From Mizuhopecten yessoensis (lineage: Eukaryota), in contig NW_018406583.1 in assembly GCF_002113885.1 (NCBI RefSeq), positions 155,355 to 219,354 of the forward strand: a DNA stretch of 64,000 nt, in the 5' to 3' direction. Below, in pieces: positions 50,807-63,226 of this stretch. The notes below the pieces were generated by a model, which saw only the letters and a list, made by a program, of their open reading frames with translations, searched no databases and was not told where the DNA came from. A program made the position numbers and the translations under genes. The stretch's first letter is position 1, and each line of letters begins with the position of its first letter.

Positions 50807-52095
50807 CTAGCAGGGTGTGTCTAAACTGTTCGAACTTGAAGCATTAACATGATAAGAATTTCCATTGCTAAGCAACCAGCTCCGAACCCGTTTGCCACGT
50901 TGTAATGTGTCGTAACGACACATGATGAGTTTTTTGAAGGTCATTTTGAAGGTCTTGTTGAACATGGTGTAGATGATGGGATTGAGCGTGCTGGACACCC
51001 AGCCCAGCCACACGGAACCTGCTATTAGGTTGTTGTCGAAGTCACATGAGGTACACAACACAGTGAGGATGTTAACAATGAAGAAAGGGGCCCAGCACAC
51101 CACAAATAGAATAAACACAACTCCTATGACCTTTGAGGCCTTCTTCTCGGTGTGTACATCATTTTCCTTCTGCATGGCTTCCTTTTTCATCAGCAGTATA
51201 CTGGCTGCCTTGATCACTAACTGGTGCTTTTTCACGAGTCCCTGAAGTGACGAGGTACCTGCAGAAGCGGCAGTGTGTGTCCACAGGGGAGAGGGACTGC
51301 CACCATTAGACCCAGGGTTAGGGGAACTGTCCCTCGACCACAAGGTGCTACTAGGACTATTTCCATTGGATGGTGGAACTTCCTCTGTCCTCAAGTGAGT
51401 CACTTTCCGTCTCTCCCCACGCCCATCTCCCCGTCCCTCCCCCCGTCCCTCCCCCCGACGACCTCCCCCTGAGTGGCTACTGGAATTTTGATTGTGCCGA
51501 CGATGATGGCTATGTATTGGGAATGAAATGCTTGACTTAATAAGAGGTTTGCGCTGTATGATGGGTGTTGTATCCTGACTACACTCTTGGTCCTCTACCG
51601 GACAGCTTCGTGTCCGTCGTGCCGAAAACTTCACCCGAGGACGCTGTTTGTTTGGCTTGCGACTGAGTGACCGACGTATCATTGGTTGGCCCTCCACCCG
51701 TCCGGACTTACACTTGTTACACTGACCGATGAGGAGATATAGTGTAAAGCTATATGAAATTACCATTATGGTCAGCGGGATGAAGAAAGCACAGATGGAC
51801 CCATAAATGATAAAATTCTGATTGGTCAATACACATTGGCTGTCATTCAGCACATTGGACTGTTCTATAAATCCTAGAATTGTGATTGGACTACAGATTG
51901 CCAGGGCAATGACCCACACCAGAATAATTTTCAAGATTACCACAGATTTTGATTTGTTTCGCGTTGCTAATGGATATCGTATGGCCATATACCTTTCCAA
52001 TGAAATCGTACACAGATGAAGAATTGATGAAGTACTCATGAGAACATCCGCAGTCACATACAGATCACAGATGATTGGTCCAAACAGCCAGTAAC
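50807..52095 (-). CDS. HTR2: Terminal coding exon (ECL1, TM3-TM7, C-tail) of a 5-HT2-type serotonin receptor; its first exon would lie right of the window
   Basis: Polypyrimidine tract plus acceptor tttttttctattggtag|GT TAC TGG (phase 1). Motifs: CDLYVTADVLMSTSSILHLCTISLERY (D3.32, ERY), GSICAFFIPLTIMV (TM5), EKKASKVIGVVFILFVVCWAPFFIVNIL (TM6, N6.55) and NPIIYTMFNKTF (NPxxY plus helix 8), all characteristic of 5-HT2. Long ICL3. Stop codon TAG at 50809-50807. Confidence 0.93.
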
Positions 52096-52876
52096 CTACC
52101 AATAGAAAAAAAATTGACATCATGATATGATTCAGTGAAAGTTTTTGGATTTAGCCAATAGATTACTGGCATGTATTCAAAGGTTCAAACAGAAACTTAA
52201 TAATGTAATTAAAATAGATATTTTTACGATTTAGAATTTTTCTCAATAACTGAAATTCTGAAATATATTTTGATGATATCTCACACAACATATATATGAT
52301 ACAATTTATTACGTAGATATAAACAACTGGCGCACTGATAAGAGCGTAAAAGTATGAAGATAAAGTTAAAATAAAATATAGCCGTAGTGATGAAAAAGAC
52401 AAACTTGGTTGGAATTCATATTTTATTGTGTAGAACGTAAGATAAGCTGTAAATACATTGTTCTTTCCGCCAATCAATCCACATGACAAATGGAAATAGT
52501 TTACGTAATGTCATTAGGTCTGCGATAACTCAATCAGACAATAAAGTAGAGAGTCAGGCAGGGGAGGTAATCATTGGTTAACATCGTAATAGCAGAGACC
52601 CAAAACTGTCCTTCAGGACTCTATGTGGGGTGTGTAATCTCTCAGGGGAAAACGGAAACAGATTTAATGTAAAATAGGGTACACCAATAAAAGTGATTGA
52701 TATGGGGATGTTTCGTCATATTTAAGTTGCTATTATTGTTTCTAAATCTGACTCCCTCGATCATCAGTGTATATTGAAGGGTTCGAGGAATTATACTTCG
52801 GTGGCTGCATGCAAGCAAGTGCTGTTTTATAACAATGTCAGGCTTAATAGATGAAAATCATTGATGATAAATCTAT

Positions 52877-52966
52877 TTAGCCGTTTCACCCCTATGCAAC
52901 TTCAGTAGACTCTACCAGCATTGATCTGGATTAGTCCAATATGGTATACAGTGGTTAAAGGGTTAA
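52877..52966 (+). mobile_element. Hairpin MITE, subfamily B
   Basis: ttagccgtttcacccctatgcaac...gtggttaaagggttaa. Confidence 0.85.
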
Positions 52967-54170
52967 ACAAGAAAACCAAACCTTTCTAAGAATAAAATAC
53001 ATGCACAATATACATAATACAAATTTAAATTATAAATTGTTAATTGATACCTATATAAACAATAATTAAATGAATTGAATATTTGGGCTAAAATACCAGA
53101 CTTAATGATTTAAAAATATAATTTACAGTTTCGCCACTTAGTTATACAGGGATAGTTATTGAAAATAGGAAATGAAACACAGTCATATGTAAGTCAATGA
53201 TTTACAATCGATCCAGATAATCACAGAATCGTGATGTGTATGGATATATTAACAAAGTATGTTTTAGATCTGTAGTCAGTGAATACGAGAGTTGAGAGAT
53301 GTATATATATTTACGTTGAAATAGGTATTATTATGTTTTGTTAGGAGAGGTGCTAGCAGATATGATGGAGATATAGGTAAACATTTCTTCCTACCAAGTG
53401 GCAGGGTTATCAGCCTGCAGCTACAGAATACATATCTATTCCCACAGATAGCTTATCCTAACAGAGTCTGATCAGCTAGATACAGGCATGAGGCCTTTCT
53501 CCTGTTAGACCAGATAGTACTGGCTGGCCGATACTATAGGTAGAGAGCTGAGGCCTGGGATATGGGCCAGGAGTATATTCCAGTGGGAATATCTGCTAAT
53601 ATTCTCGTTCTGCATGGAAGCCATGCTAATGTTTTATGAGGTGTCCATGATGTCTTATACAACCATGTACCATTTTTAATTTCCTTTACAAACTACTTCA
53701 AACGCCGGCCGTAGGAATACGGTTTGCTTGTGAACACCACCCCCAAGACATCACTGATGGCCCGCTTACTGTCTACAAATATTTTGACATGCCTTTAAGG
53801 TTTGTGAACAGATGAGCTACACTAGGCTTGTGAGTCCATCTCCTCAAGTGTTCGGGATGATTTACATTTTATGAGAAGGATTCTGAGTAAAGTATAAACA
53901 GAGTAAAAGGGTGGTGTTTTTTAACGAGGACGAGGAGGTTCCGCATCAAAGATGGATCCCTGGATGTGGTCCGGGTGCCACATAGCAGGGTTCTTTGTAT
54001 ATTGATAACCCATATGTAGACTCTCTTCTGAGACAATGTGGTACTTACGATATTACCTGCAGCAGTATTTTAATTATGATGTGACTACAAGCTTACACAT
54101 TAAGTACACATCACATTATGTTTTACCTCATCATTTTCTCAAGTAGGAGGCCCACATACATACCCTCCCC

Positions 54171-54249
54171 NNNNNNNNNNNNNNNNNNNNNNNNNNNNNN
54201 NNNNNNNNNNNNNNNNNNNNNNNNNNNNNNNNNNNNNNNNNNNNNNNNN
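54171..54249. other. Assembly gap (79 N) flanked by C-runs; a single N also at 34856
   Basis: Read directly. Confidence 0.99.
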
Positions 54250-54875
54250 CCCCCAAACCCCAAACTCCTCTACGACCTTAAATTTTGAAATTCTGCTATA
54301 TAACTCTACCAAATTTGTCTTACCCAGAGAAAACCCGTGACCTTATGACCTCTCTATAGCCTGTCCTCAACTCTGTCTGAGCCGAGGACAACACCACTAT
54401 TAAATTGGAATCTTTGGTTTTATGACCAGCGTAAAAGACTTCAATACTTTGACCACCTGTTTCCATTCCACTTTGAAGTCGAGGACAAATCTGTTCTGGT
54501 GATTAAATTGTATCAGTTTAATAGGAAGAGTGTCATACGTTGGACTAATAAGTTTTCATCAATTTCCAGATTATCCGATATAACATATTGTATTGAGAAG
54601 AGCCAATATCAGAAGTAATAATTTCACGAAAGTGTAGTCCAATATGTTTGTTTCGTGATCACAGGTAACTCAATCGTGAACAATTTATCACTAATACATT
54701 CTACTGTAGGTGAAACATGAATTAATGTTCAAGCAATTAAGTACAGATACGTCACGGTGAATAAGTTATGAGCAATCTACACTATGTCTACGTGTGTCTG
54801 GGTTTTTTACTTCCACTTATCGGTAAAAGATGTGCATTGATTAGGTTGCCTTACAAGCATCAGCTATAGGGAATT

Positions 54876-54947
54876 TCCATTTAGCTCAGCGGTAGAGCAT
54901 CGGGCTGGAAAGTCAAGGGTCGCGGGTTCGAGGCCCAGTGACCGCAC
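54876..54947 (+). pseudogene. tRNA-like pseudogene or SINE head
   Basis: A box TAGCTCAGCGGTAGAGC and B box GGTTCGAGGCC, but the anticodon and acceptor stems do not pair properly. Confidence 0.6.
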
Positions 54948-57050
54948 TTTCTTTATCACTATTCCTCGTACTACTACATATTCATTGATATTTATGATTT
55001 TTAATCACAAGAATGAAATAAAGTGTTAGATGTCGACAACTAAAGCTTGCAGATTAAACAAATGATGGGATGGATATTGACTGTAAATGTTATCTCATCA
55101 GGATTTAATTACTGTTTATCTCCTCAGGATTTAATTACTGTTTATCTCCTCCGGATTTAATTATTGTTTACATGTAATTGTTACTGTACTCTACACACTT
55201 GTACCCACATCATGTGATGGGTTCCTGATAAATCTAGAAATCAACATGTTCATTTCCTGGTTAGCTAAAACCGAAATTGCAAAATGCATTTTATTCATTA
55301 CTGTGAACTAATATAAAGATAAAAAAATCAAACTATTAGTTAAGGGAATTAAAATGGCCATCATAAAGAGAGCACTTGCTATACTTGAGATATTGACAAA
55401 AGAAAGAAAATATTTGTAGCGTTGTGGAAAACATATCCTAAAGTTGACAGAGCTTTTAGCTTTCCTGTAGACATATGGGTCCCTGCCCACCCTGGATGTG
55501 CTCATTAGAATACAAGTCAAAGGCAGGTCTTGGCCATTGAGGCGAAAAAACATACATTGATAAAGGGAATATGTAAATATTATCTCAGCAGATCAAAGGT
55601 TTGGGAGAGATAGCTATCACAGACCGTTAACTCCTACATCTTCTGCACCGAACAGTGAGGTCTGGCGGACTCTCAATAACTGCATTCTCGTTTTCCCAAC
55701 CAGACTCATTGTATTCAGATTATAGCTTGTAACGATCTTCTAAAGCTTCAAGATTTATCATAAACTTCAAAAATGCCCATAGTCTTGTTTCTGTGTACAC
55801 AGATGGTCTCAATAAAACAACACACATCCTGTGCTGTATTAATTGGAGTAGCATATTCTACTTTCACTTTGTATGTATAATATACTGCTAATTGAGAAAG
55901 GCAATCAGTCTCCCCAAGGGAAGTCCATTTCATGATTTGCCAATAAGGTATTGATTGAACTCAAACATGTGAAATGCTTTAAGAAAATTTGATGGATTTC
56001 TTTTTCCTGTATTTACAAAATTCATCCTAATTATTCCATGATTTTTTTTATCTTGCAAGATATAACTTCCGATGTGATCAATCATTTCTTCATTCTGCAA
56101 CATCACATTTAAATAAATTGTTGTCAAATAGCAATGGTTCCACGTCAAGTGCATGTAAAAGCCATTTGACAATCGTAAATACAAAATGATTGGATCAAGT
56201 CAGGAGCGCTCATGGAAAGTATCAGTTGACTAAATAACTGCATGTGACTGGACTTAGTGGCCATTCCAATGTGTCTGCCCACTCCCTTTTCTAGTTTGTT
56301 GACTGTCTAATGGCTGTGCCGATATATTTACCAACCCCTATCATAAGTACTTTAGGGAACTGATGCCAGATTGGGAGTGATGAGAACAAAAGACAGTCTA
56401 TTGTTAGATGATATGTAGATTGTCCTCCTGTACTCCTTTTAATACGATTTTTTACCAAAAAAATGAATGTAGTCTTCATCATTTCAACATGGGGCCAGCT
56501 TACACGTCAATTATTGTTTAAAGCAAACATTACAGTATTATTCATAGGCATGTCAAACTAATATGCCTTTCGAGCAAAATTCAAATAAATTGATTGATTC
56601 AAAAAACAACATTCCATGCTTCCGTAGTGACTGTAAAACTGCCGTTCTGATTCTCATTGGTGAAGAGTCTGTTACTGGATCTATTGCTCCTTCGTAAAAC
56701 ATCGTTATTCTTACACACGATTAGTCATAAATGTCAAAATTAATTTTCTTATGTTCATTCCAGTTAAATTCCGAGTTCTGGTTATAATAATTATAATAAT
56801 TCATATTTCTTTTGAGTAGATCTTACGAGAGCCAGTGAAACTCCCACAAATATATTTTATTTAGGTTATTAGTATCAACACTTGCCTGAGTTTTTTTTAC
56901 GACCACCAAGGGTTACTGGTACATTTTTACAGTGTTAATGATGTGATGAAAGCAGTGAAGTGGATAGAGAGACAGACACGGGGCCAACCCCACTGAGGGA
57001 TCACTGCCCCGTCAGTAACATAAGATATACTTCTGCCATCTTCATCCAGT

Positions 57051-57345
57051 GTTCTGTAATTGAACATTACCGTATATAACATAACAATCGCCACCATAAC
57101 ACAAGATACTTCTGGTCTCATCATAAAGCGTTCTGTAATTGAACATTACCGTATATAACATAACAATCGCCACTATAACACAAGATACTTCTGGTCTCAT
57201 CGTGAAGCGTTCTGTAATTGAACATTACCGTATATAACATAACAATCCCCACTATAATATAAGATACTGCTGCTCATCACCCATTTCAATACTTCAGCCC
57301 TCCTCACTTATAGTGTTCTGTAATTTAATTTTACCTTATATAACC
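57051..57345. repeat. 79-bp tandem repeat x~3
   Basis: gttctgtaattgaacattacc at 57051, 57130 and 57209. Confidence 0.9.
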
Positions 57346-57460
57346 TAACAATTTCGGTCCGTCTGAATACTGCCACTGTCCTCATTCCTTTATCATTGTT
57401 AAGAGACAGAACACTACTAGCAGTCTGTCTTTGGCAAGGTACCTTATAACACATTTAAAA

Positions 57461-57662
57461 TGATAATTGAATATCAATAATTTCACATTGGTTCTGATAT
57501 TGATAATTGAATATCAATAATTTCACATTGGTTCTTATATTGATAATTGAATATCAATAATTTCCCATTAGTTCTGATATTTATAATTGAATATCAATAA
57601 TTTCACATTGGTTCTGATATTGATAATTGAATATCAACAATTTCACATTGGTTCTGATATTG
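57461..57662. repeat. 40-bp tandem repeat x5
   Basis: tgataattgaatatcaataatttcacattggttctgatat repeated. Confidence 0.95.
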
Positions 57663-57944
57663 TAGCGATTATTTTGATTGATACACATCCACATAAGAAA
57701 TGACGTAGAATTCATTCTGATCCTGGGTCTTGTCCTCACGCTGATAGGCTCCTATGCCTATATGATCAGCCTGATTACAACCTGTGCCTATAGGATCAGA
57801 GCATGACAGCCTACAATATGCTGACTATCACACTCATTACACTTCCTAGTACAGGTGACTTTCACTTGTGATTTTTCCTTTCTCTGTCTTTTCTGCACCC
57901 TTTTACGTTCAGCGAGTTTTGAATTTATCTCTTGACACAATGCT

Positions 57945-58152
57945 TTGTTTGTTTGTTTTGGTTTGTTTGTTTGTTTTGGTTTGTTTGTTTGTGTTTTACG
58001 TCCTATTATCAGCTATGGTCATTTAAGGACGTGCCAGGTTTTGGTGGTGGAGGAAAGTCAGAGTTCCCAGAGAAAAACCACTGACCTACGGCCAGTACCT
58101 GGCGACAGCCCCACAAAGGTCTCAAACCCACAACCCAGTGGTGGAGGGTTGG
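57945..58152 (-). mobile_element. SINE (36147 family) with an extended (AAAC)n tail
   Basis: Same core and tail as the 36147 copy. Confidence 0.85.
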
Positions 58153-59976
58153 TGGAAGCAGGCACAATGATATCTGTTTATCATGTATAATCGTTCAATT
58201 TGTTCCTTTTCTATCATTTATCCTGTGAGGAGGGTTCATTTTGGGATGAATATGGTGGCGGTGGTGATTGAGGTAGATGACTATGGTACCTGTGATGAGG
58301 TTATCCACCCTCGGCCATTACTACAGGGCCATTTATCACAGTGATAACAGGGTGTACTACAGTACTTTTATCTAGATTTATAGCAGATGGTTATATAGGC
58401 CATCCTATAGTCCTCAAACTTCACTGGTACTCTGTGGGTTGAAAGCCCTCATAACGAAATGTTACGTATAAGTACACTGTAGAAAAAATAAATGTCCACA
58501 CACATATTGACCAACGTCCAGACACATCCTGACTAATCCTCTACGGCATATGTCCACACAAATATTGTGTAATGCTTCTGATGTGAAGTATCCAGCAATA
58601 TAACTCTATCTGATCTTAAAAATTGATAACAGTCAGGTTTTTTCCCCAATGTCAACGTTAATTATTTGACTATGTTTGTCTATGGAGGAAAGAATAAAAA
58701 AATATCTTTCCAAACATAAAGTGTGGAAAACATTGTCCAATGGTGGAAAAACAATGTTCTGTACTTCAACATAAACTGTGGGTATATAAAGTTCCAGTTT
58801 ATTCTACTGTATTGATTGGTAAGAAAATTTTATCTCTTCCACTCTGATCATTATAGTTGCACATTTCATTTAAAAAAATAAAAATAAAATGTATAAAAAC
58901 CAATACACGGAGGGTTAATGAGAACAAGGGAGCGTAACAGGACGATAAGATCTGATGTACATTAAAGTGTGGGTCCATTTAATTATTTTTCAGCGATGTA
59001 AAGGGATGGGTGAGGTTCCCGTTACATGTCATCGACTCCATAGTAATTTCGTCATCAACAATATTCAAGGATTGGGTAAACTGTTGATTTCCAGGAGCTT
59101 CATTGCAGACCAGGGATACGGGGTCCGTTTAATTTCCAAAACTTTCATTAAGACGAAAGGATAAAACAGACATTTAATTGCCACAATATTGTTGCCCAGG
59201 CGATGGTTCTAGACCAGCAATTTGTCTCAATTTAACTAGCACTTGTTTATCCTCCTTAGACCAGCTCGCTAATGGAGTCAAGCTTGTGCATGATCCTGAC
59301 TATAAATCAGAGGAGTGTCCGGTAACGCTCACGGACTGGACAGTCCCATACAACTAATCAATACCCCCTCGTTCCTGTCCCCAACAATCTGCTTACGGAA
59401 TGATGTATCTAACCCTCTCTTTACGGCTTCAGTCAGACTTTATTGGTGCCGACTTTACTTACAAGGCACTCTAGGGGAATTAAGTCTTCGTAAAGACTAA
59501 CAAGGCACAACGCAACTAAGGGACGCTTTCGGCCAGCCGCTGTTGATTTTATAGTTTCCCGAGCGATCTTAAAAAATCAAGGCAGCCATTAATTGCTATT
59601 CTGCGTGTGTGATTAACAATTTGGAGATGTCGTAGTCGGGCAATTTAGCCACGTTGTGTACTGGAGACAAATTACACTACAAAATTAAAAGACAATGTTC
59701 GTATGAGAAATGGCTGGCTATTGGGACAATATGGCTGTCTGCTTATATATTATGTACTGAAACTCCCTGACCTTTCACTTCTCCGAAACAAATAGCCTCG
59801 GTATTTGATCCCTAACTACAGTCTCCCCAACAAATTGCCCGACACTCAATGTCTAAACATAAACCTCTCTTTACACTTAATATATCCCAACACAAACCTT
59901 TCTACCCGATTTACAATACTACAATATGGTTCCTACCTCATGTCACTATTCAGGCTTATTTCCCCCCTATTTCTCT

Positions 59977-60067
59977 TTAACTCATTCACCCCTGAAGACA
60001 CATTTGAACCCTTCCAATTCCAAGGTTGGAATAGTTCATTATAAAATGTCAGGGGTGAATGAGTTAA
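59977..60067 (-). mobile_element. 91-bp hairpin MITE, subfamily A, reverse orientation
   Basis: Perfect 19-bp TIR ttaactcattcacccctga / tcaggggtgaatgagttaa. Confidence 0.92.
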
Positions 60068-61097
60068 GAAAAAGTTTCTATATGACTTTACATTGTATCT
60101 GTAACACTAGCTCTTTAAAATAGTCCCTATTTCAATGAAAGGCTCTGTTTTGTCTTGGGCACTTCTAAACAACGTTTTTGAGAATAAATAATTTATTCAG
60201 GGCCATTGTGTTTTGACAGCAAAATCAATGATACCATATCAGCCTTGAAAAAGGAGAAGCATGATAAGGAAACAGTGGTGATGTGCTGCCAGTGTTGAAG
60301 TTGATAACTTGTTCAGATATAGCAAGTTTGTTAACATGTTCGGGTAGCCGTGGCTCTAGTTTATGTTGTTTATTGATGGTGGCTGGTGTTACGCATTTGG
60401 GAATTCAGTAAGTGATACATTATCCTCGCTCAAACAAATACGCTCGCCTGATATTGGTAATCATAACACAGATGTCACATCCAGGGCTTGTTATTTTATG
60501 ATGTCAGAAATTTAAATTAAGCAAACTGTGTAACACTCCATTGTTTTTGCTGTGGTATTTTTGCCATTATGTGATTGTCTGTCAGTGTTATGTGTCACAA
60601 ACAATCGTTCCATTTAGTTGACGTTCAAAAAGGTCAGAGAATATTTCCCGTTTTGAAAGCGTGTAACCTTGACCCTGCCAGGGTTTTGAACTGTGATTGC
60701 TTGATGCGTCCCTGGGAGCGGCTCCCTGACAGCCATGTATCATTATACAGATACCACTTCTGGGACTGGTTCTAAGGACCTCTGATCCCGACGTTTGTCC
60801 AGGGAAATTGTCAAGGTGATCAATGACCTCCGACGCCTCGTCACTTAGATCTGCTCTATATTTATACAGCAATCTGCATCAGCATTGCCTAATCGCTTGG
60901 CATCAGTCATCCAGGGGAGACAACTGTCAGCAATGGTCATCATCAAATGCTGATCAGCGTTCAGCTGTTTCACTAATTAGGTACCAGGCGCAAGACACTT
61001 GGGGTCAAAAATGTCAACTACACAGGGCTGGTATGTGTTGGTGGTATTTGTTTGGGTGATACATCTTGGTCTTGTCAATGTTATTATTATGGCTATT

Positions 61098-61188
61098 TTA
61101 ACCCTTTCACCCCTATGTAACTTTAGTAAACTCTACCATACATTGATCTGGATGAGTCCATTATGGTGTACAGTGGTGAAAGGGTTAA
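61098..61188 (+). mobile_element. 91-bp hairpin MITE, subfamily B
   Basis: ttaaccctttcacccctatg...gtggtgaaagggttaa. Confidence 0.9.
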
Positions 61189-62125
61189 GGCATTCAGTGA
61201 TGTTTGATACAGCTGGTGACTGTGTGACGATCAGATATTGTACAGGAAGACCTGTCATAGAGTATAGCTGATCAAGGGACAGCAGTCTTATACAGATCTG
61301 ACAGGTTTTATACCAATCTAAAAGTAACATTAATACAAAGACAAACGATATCAATCATTTAGTGCAATCGAAAATAAATGTTTTGACAGTTTCAAACATT
61401 CCCCATATGCCATCACAGCTATTTTTTAAGTAAGGAGGGTGAAATACTGTACGATTCTGCTAGAATAAGACGCATTGAAAACTTAGAAATGAAAATAGAC
61501 AGATATCATCCAGTTTTCTGTACTCTAAAGATGGGTTCCCGCTTCTTATCAGTATTTTACGAAATATTGAGACATTTCTTCTTGTGATATATAAAAAAGA
61601 TGTATATATTACACACATGCTGTGTGATATTTTGAAGTAGTATTATTTGAAGCAGTATTACAGCATCTTATCTTAAAGTCGGAAAACATTTTATATTTTG
61701 GTACCTATCTTTGGAATTTTCTTTAACAGCTGATGCTATTTATGGAAAGGTCGGAACTTCTTGGTAGCTTAAAAAATTTACCTTAATGTTGAATTCATAT
61801 TTTGATCCAGTGGATTTACCAAAAAATCATTTGGATTTGGTAAGAGACCCGACAACACAAGGTGCAAATGGTCAGTTACTCTGTATCTCTATACAGTTTG
61901 CTGCATATTATTTATCGCTATCCATAATAAGGGCAAATTTATCATGACCGTTTACAGTAAACAACAATAGAAATAGAAATAAAATGTGAATGGCAAAATT
62001 AATACAGGGCAGATATAGGATTTTGATCACGGAAGGCGAAAGTTTGATTGTATGAAATATGCAGAAAACAGTCATGGTGTCACTCTGTCTATTACATAAA
62101 GTGATTGATAATCTTACTTTTTTTG

Positions 62126-62493
62126 GTAGAGTATGTGTCTGTGTAGAGTATGTGTCTGTGTAGAGTATGTGTCTGTGTAGAGTATTTGTCTGTGTAGGTA
62201 TGTGTCTGTGTAGAGTATGTGTCTGTTTAGAGTATGTGTCTGTGTAGGTATGTGTCTGTGTAGAGGATGTGTCTGTGTAGAGTATGTGTCTGTGTAGGTA
62301 TGTGTCTGTGTAGAGTATGTATCTGTGTAGAGTATGTGTCTGTGTAGGTATGTGTCTGTGTAGGTATGTGTCTGTGTAGAGGATGTGTCTGTGTAGAGTA
62401 TGTGTCTGTGTAGGTCTGTGTAGGTATGTGTCTGTGTAGAGTATGTGTCTGTGTAGAGTATGGGTCTATGTAGAGTATGTGTCTTTGTAGGTA
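62126..62493. repeat. 16-17-bp minisatellite (GTAGAGTATGTGTCTGT)
   Basis: Read directly. Confidence 0.95.
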
Positions 62494-62536
62494 TATATAC
62501 CTTAACAAAACAAAGTAGGGGAGGCAGAGCAACAGT

Positions 62537-62902
62537 TTAACTCATTCACCCCTGAAATTTCAGAATGACCTATTCAATTGGAAGACTGTCTGGACACAGG
62601 CACAATGTCTAAGGATGGCTGGACATGAGCTTGAGCTGGACACTGGTCAAACAGTGGGATTCAGTTCCAAGTAGACTGTTTTGTCAAGCCATAGAAATGA
62701 CTGTTTTGTCAAGCCATAGAAATGATAACACCAATATTTATAGAGATCTCTTATAAATGACCTTCGCTGTTAATAGAGCGCTAAACCAAATAAACCAAAC
62801 CAAGCAGTCGACAACTCATTGACCCCTATATTTTCGTGATGAAATATTCCAACCTTTGATTTGGAAGAGTTAAAAAGTGTCTTCAGGGGGTGGATAAGAT
62901 AA
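62537..62902 (+). mobile_element. Truncated MITE A (62537-~62586), a retroposon 3' tail (~62751-62802) and a degenerate MITE A (62811-62902)
   Basis: ttaactcattcacccctgaaattt...; taaatgaccttcgctgttaatagagcgctaaaccaaataaaccaaacc; actcattgacccc...cttcaggggg. Confidence 0.65.
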
Positions 62903-63226
62903 AATTATAGACAAGTAAACGTTTAATGTAAGACTTTCAAGATGTTTTGGAAAGATTTGTATTGAGATAATTTGTTTCTCACATCTACGAATACAGTATC
63001 TCAGCCATGCTATATTCACATCAGCAATTCTCCAAAGACTGAAGGATGTGAACGGATGAGTAAAATTGGAAGAAACGTGCCACAATGTAACTTATTCATA
63101 AGTGAATGACATCAGTATTTGCCTCCATATATACTCAATGTCCTGATGTCTGTTAAATGTGACTCAGAAGGTAGTCTGAACTTTACTAGCTGTACTGTTC
63201 ATCATACTTAACATCACACACTATAC

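Noticed and set aside
50973-52019. + strand ORFs inside the receptor exon (and 1010..1297)
   Set aside because: Antisense shadows of the GPCR coding sequence.
52096-52123. N-terminal MMSIFFLLV of the 438-aa ORF as a start
   Set aside because: It is the intron polypyrimidine tract and acceptor; a protein starting here would lack TM1-2.
54876-54947. Functional tRNA gene
   Set aside because: The acceptor and anticodon stems do not base-pair and an extra base disrupts the anticodon arm; better explained as a SINE head or pseudogene.
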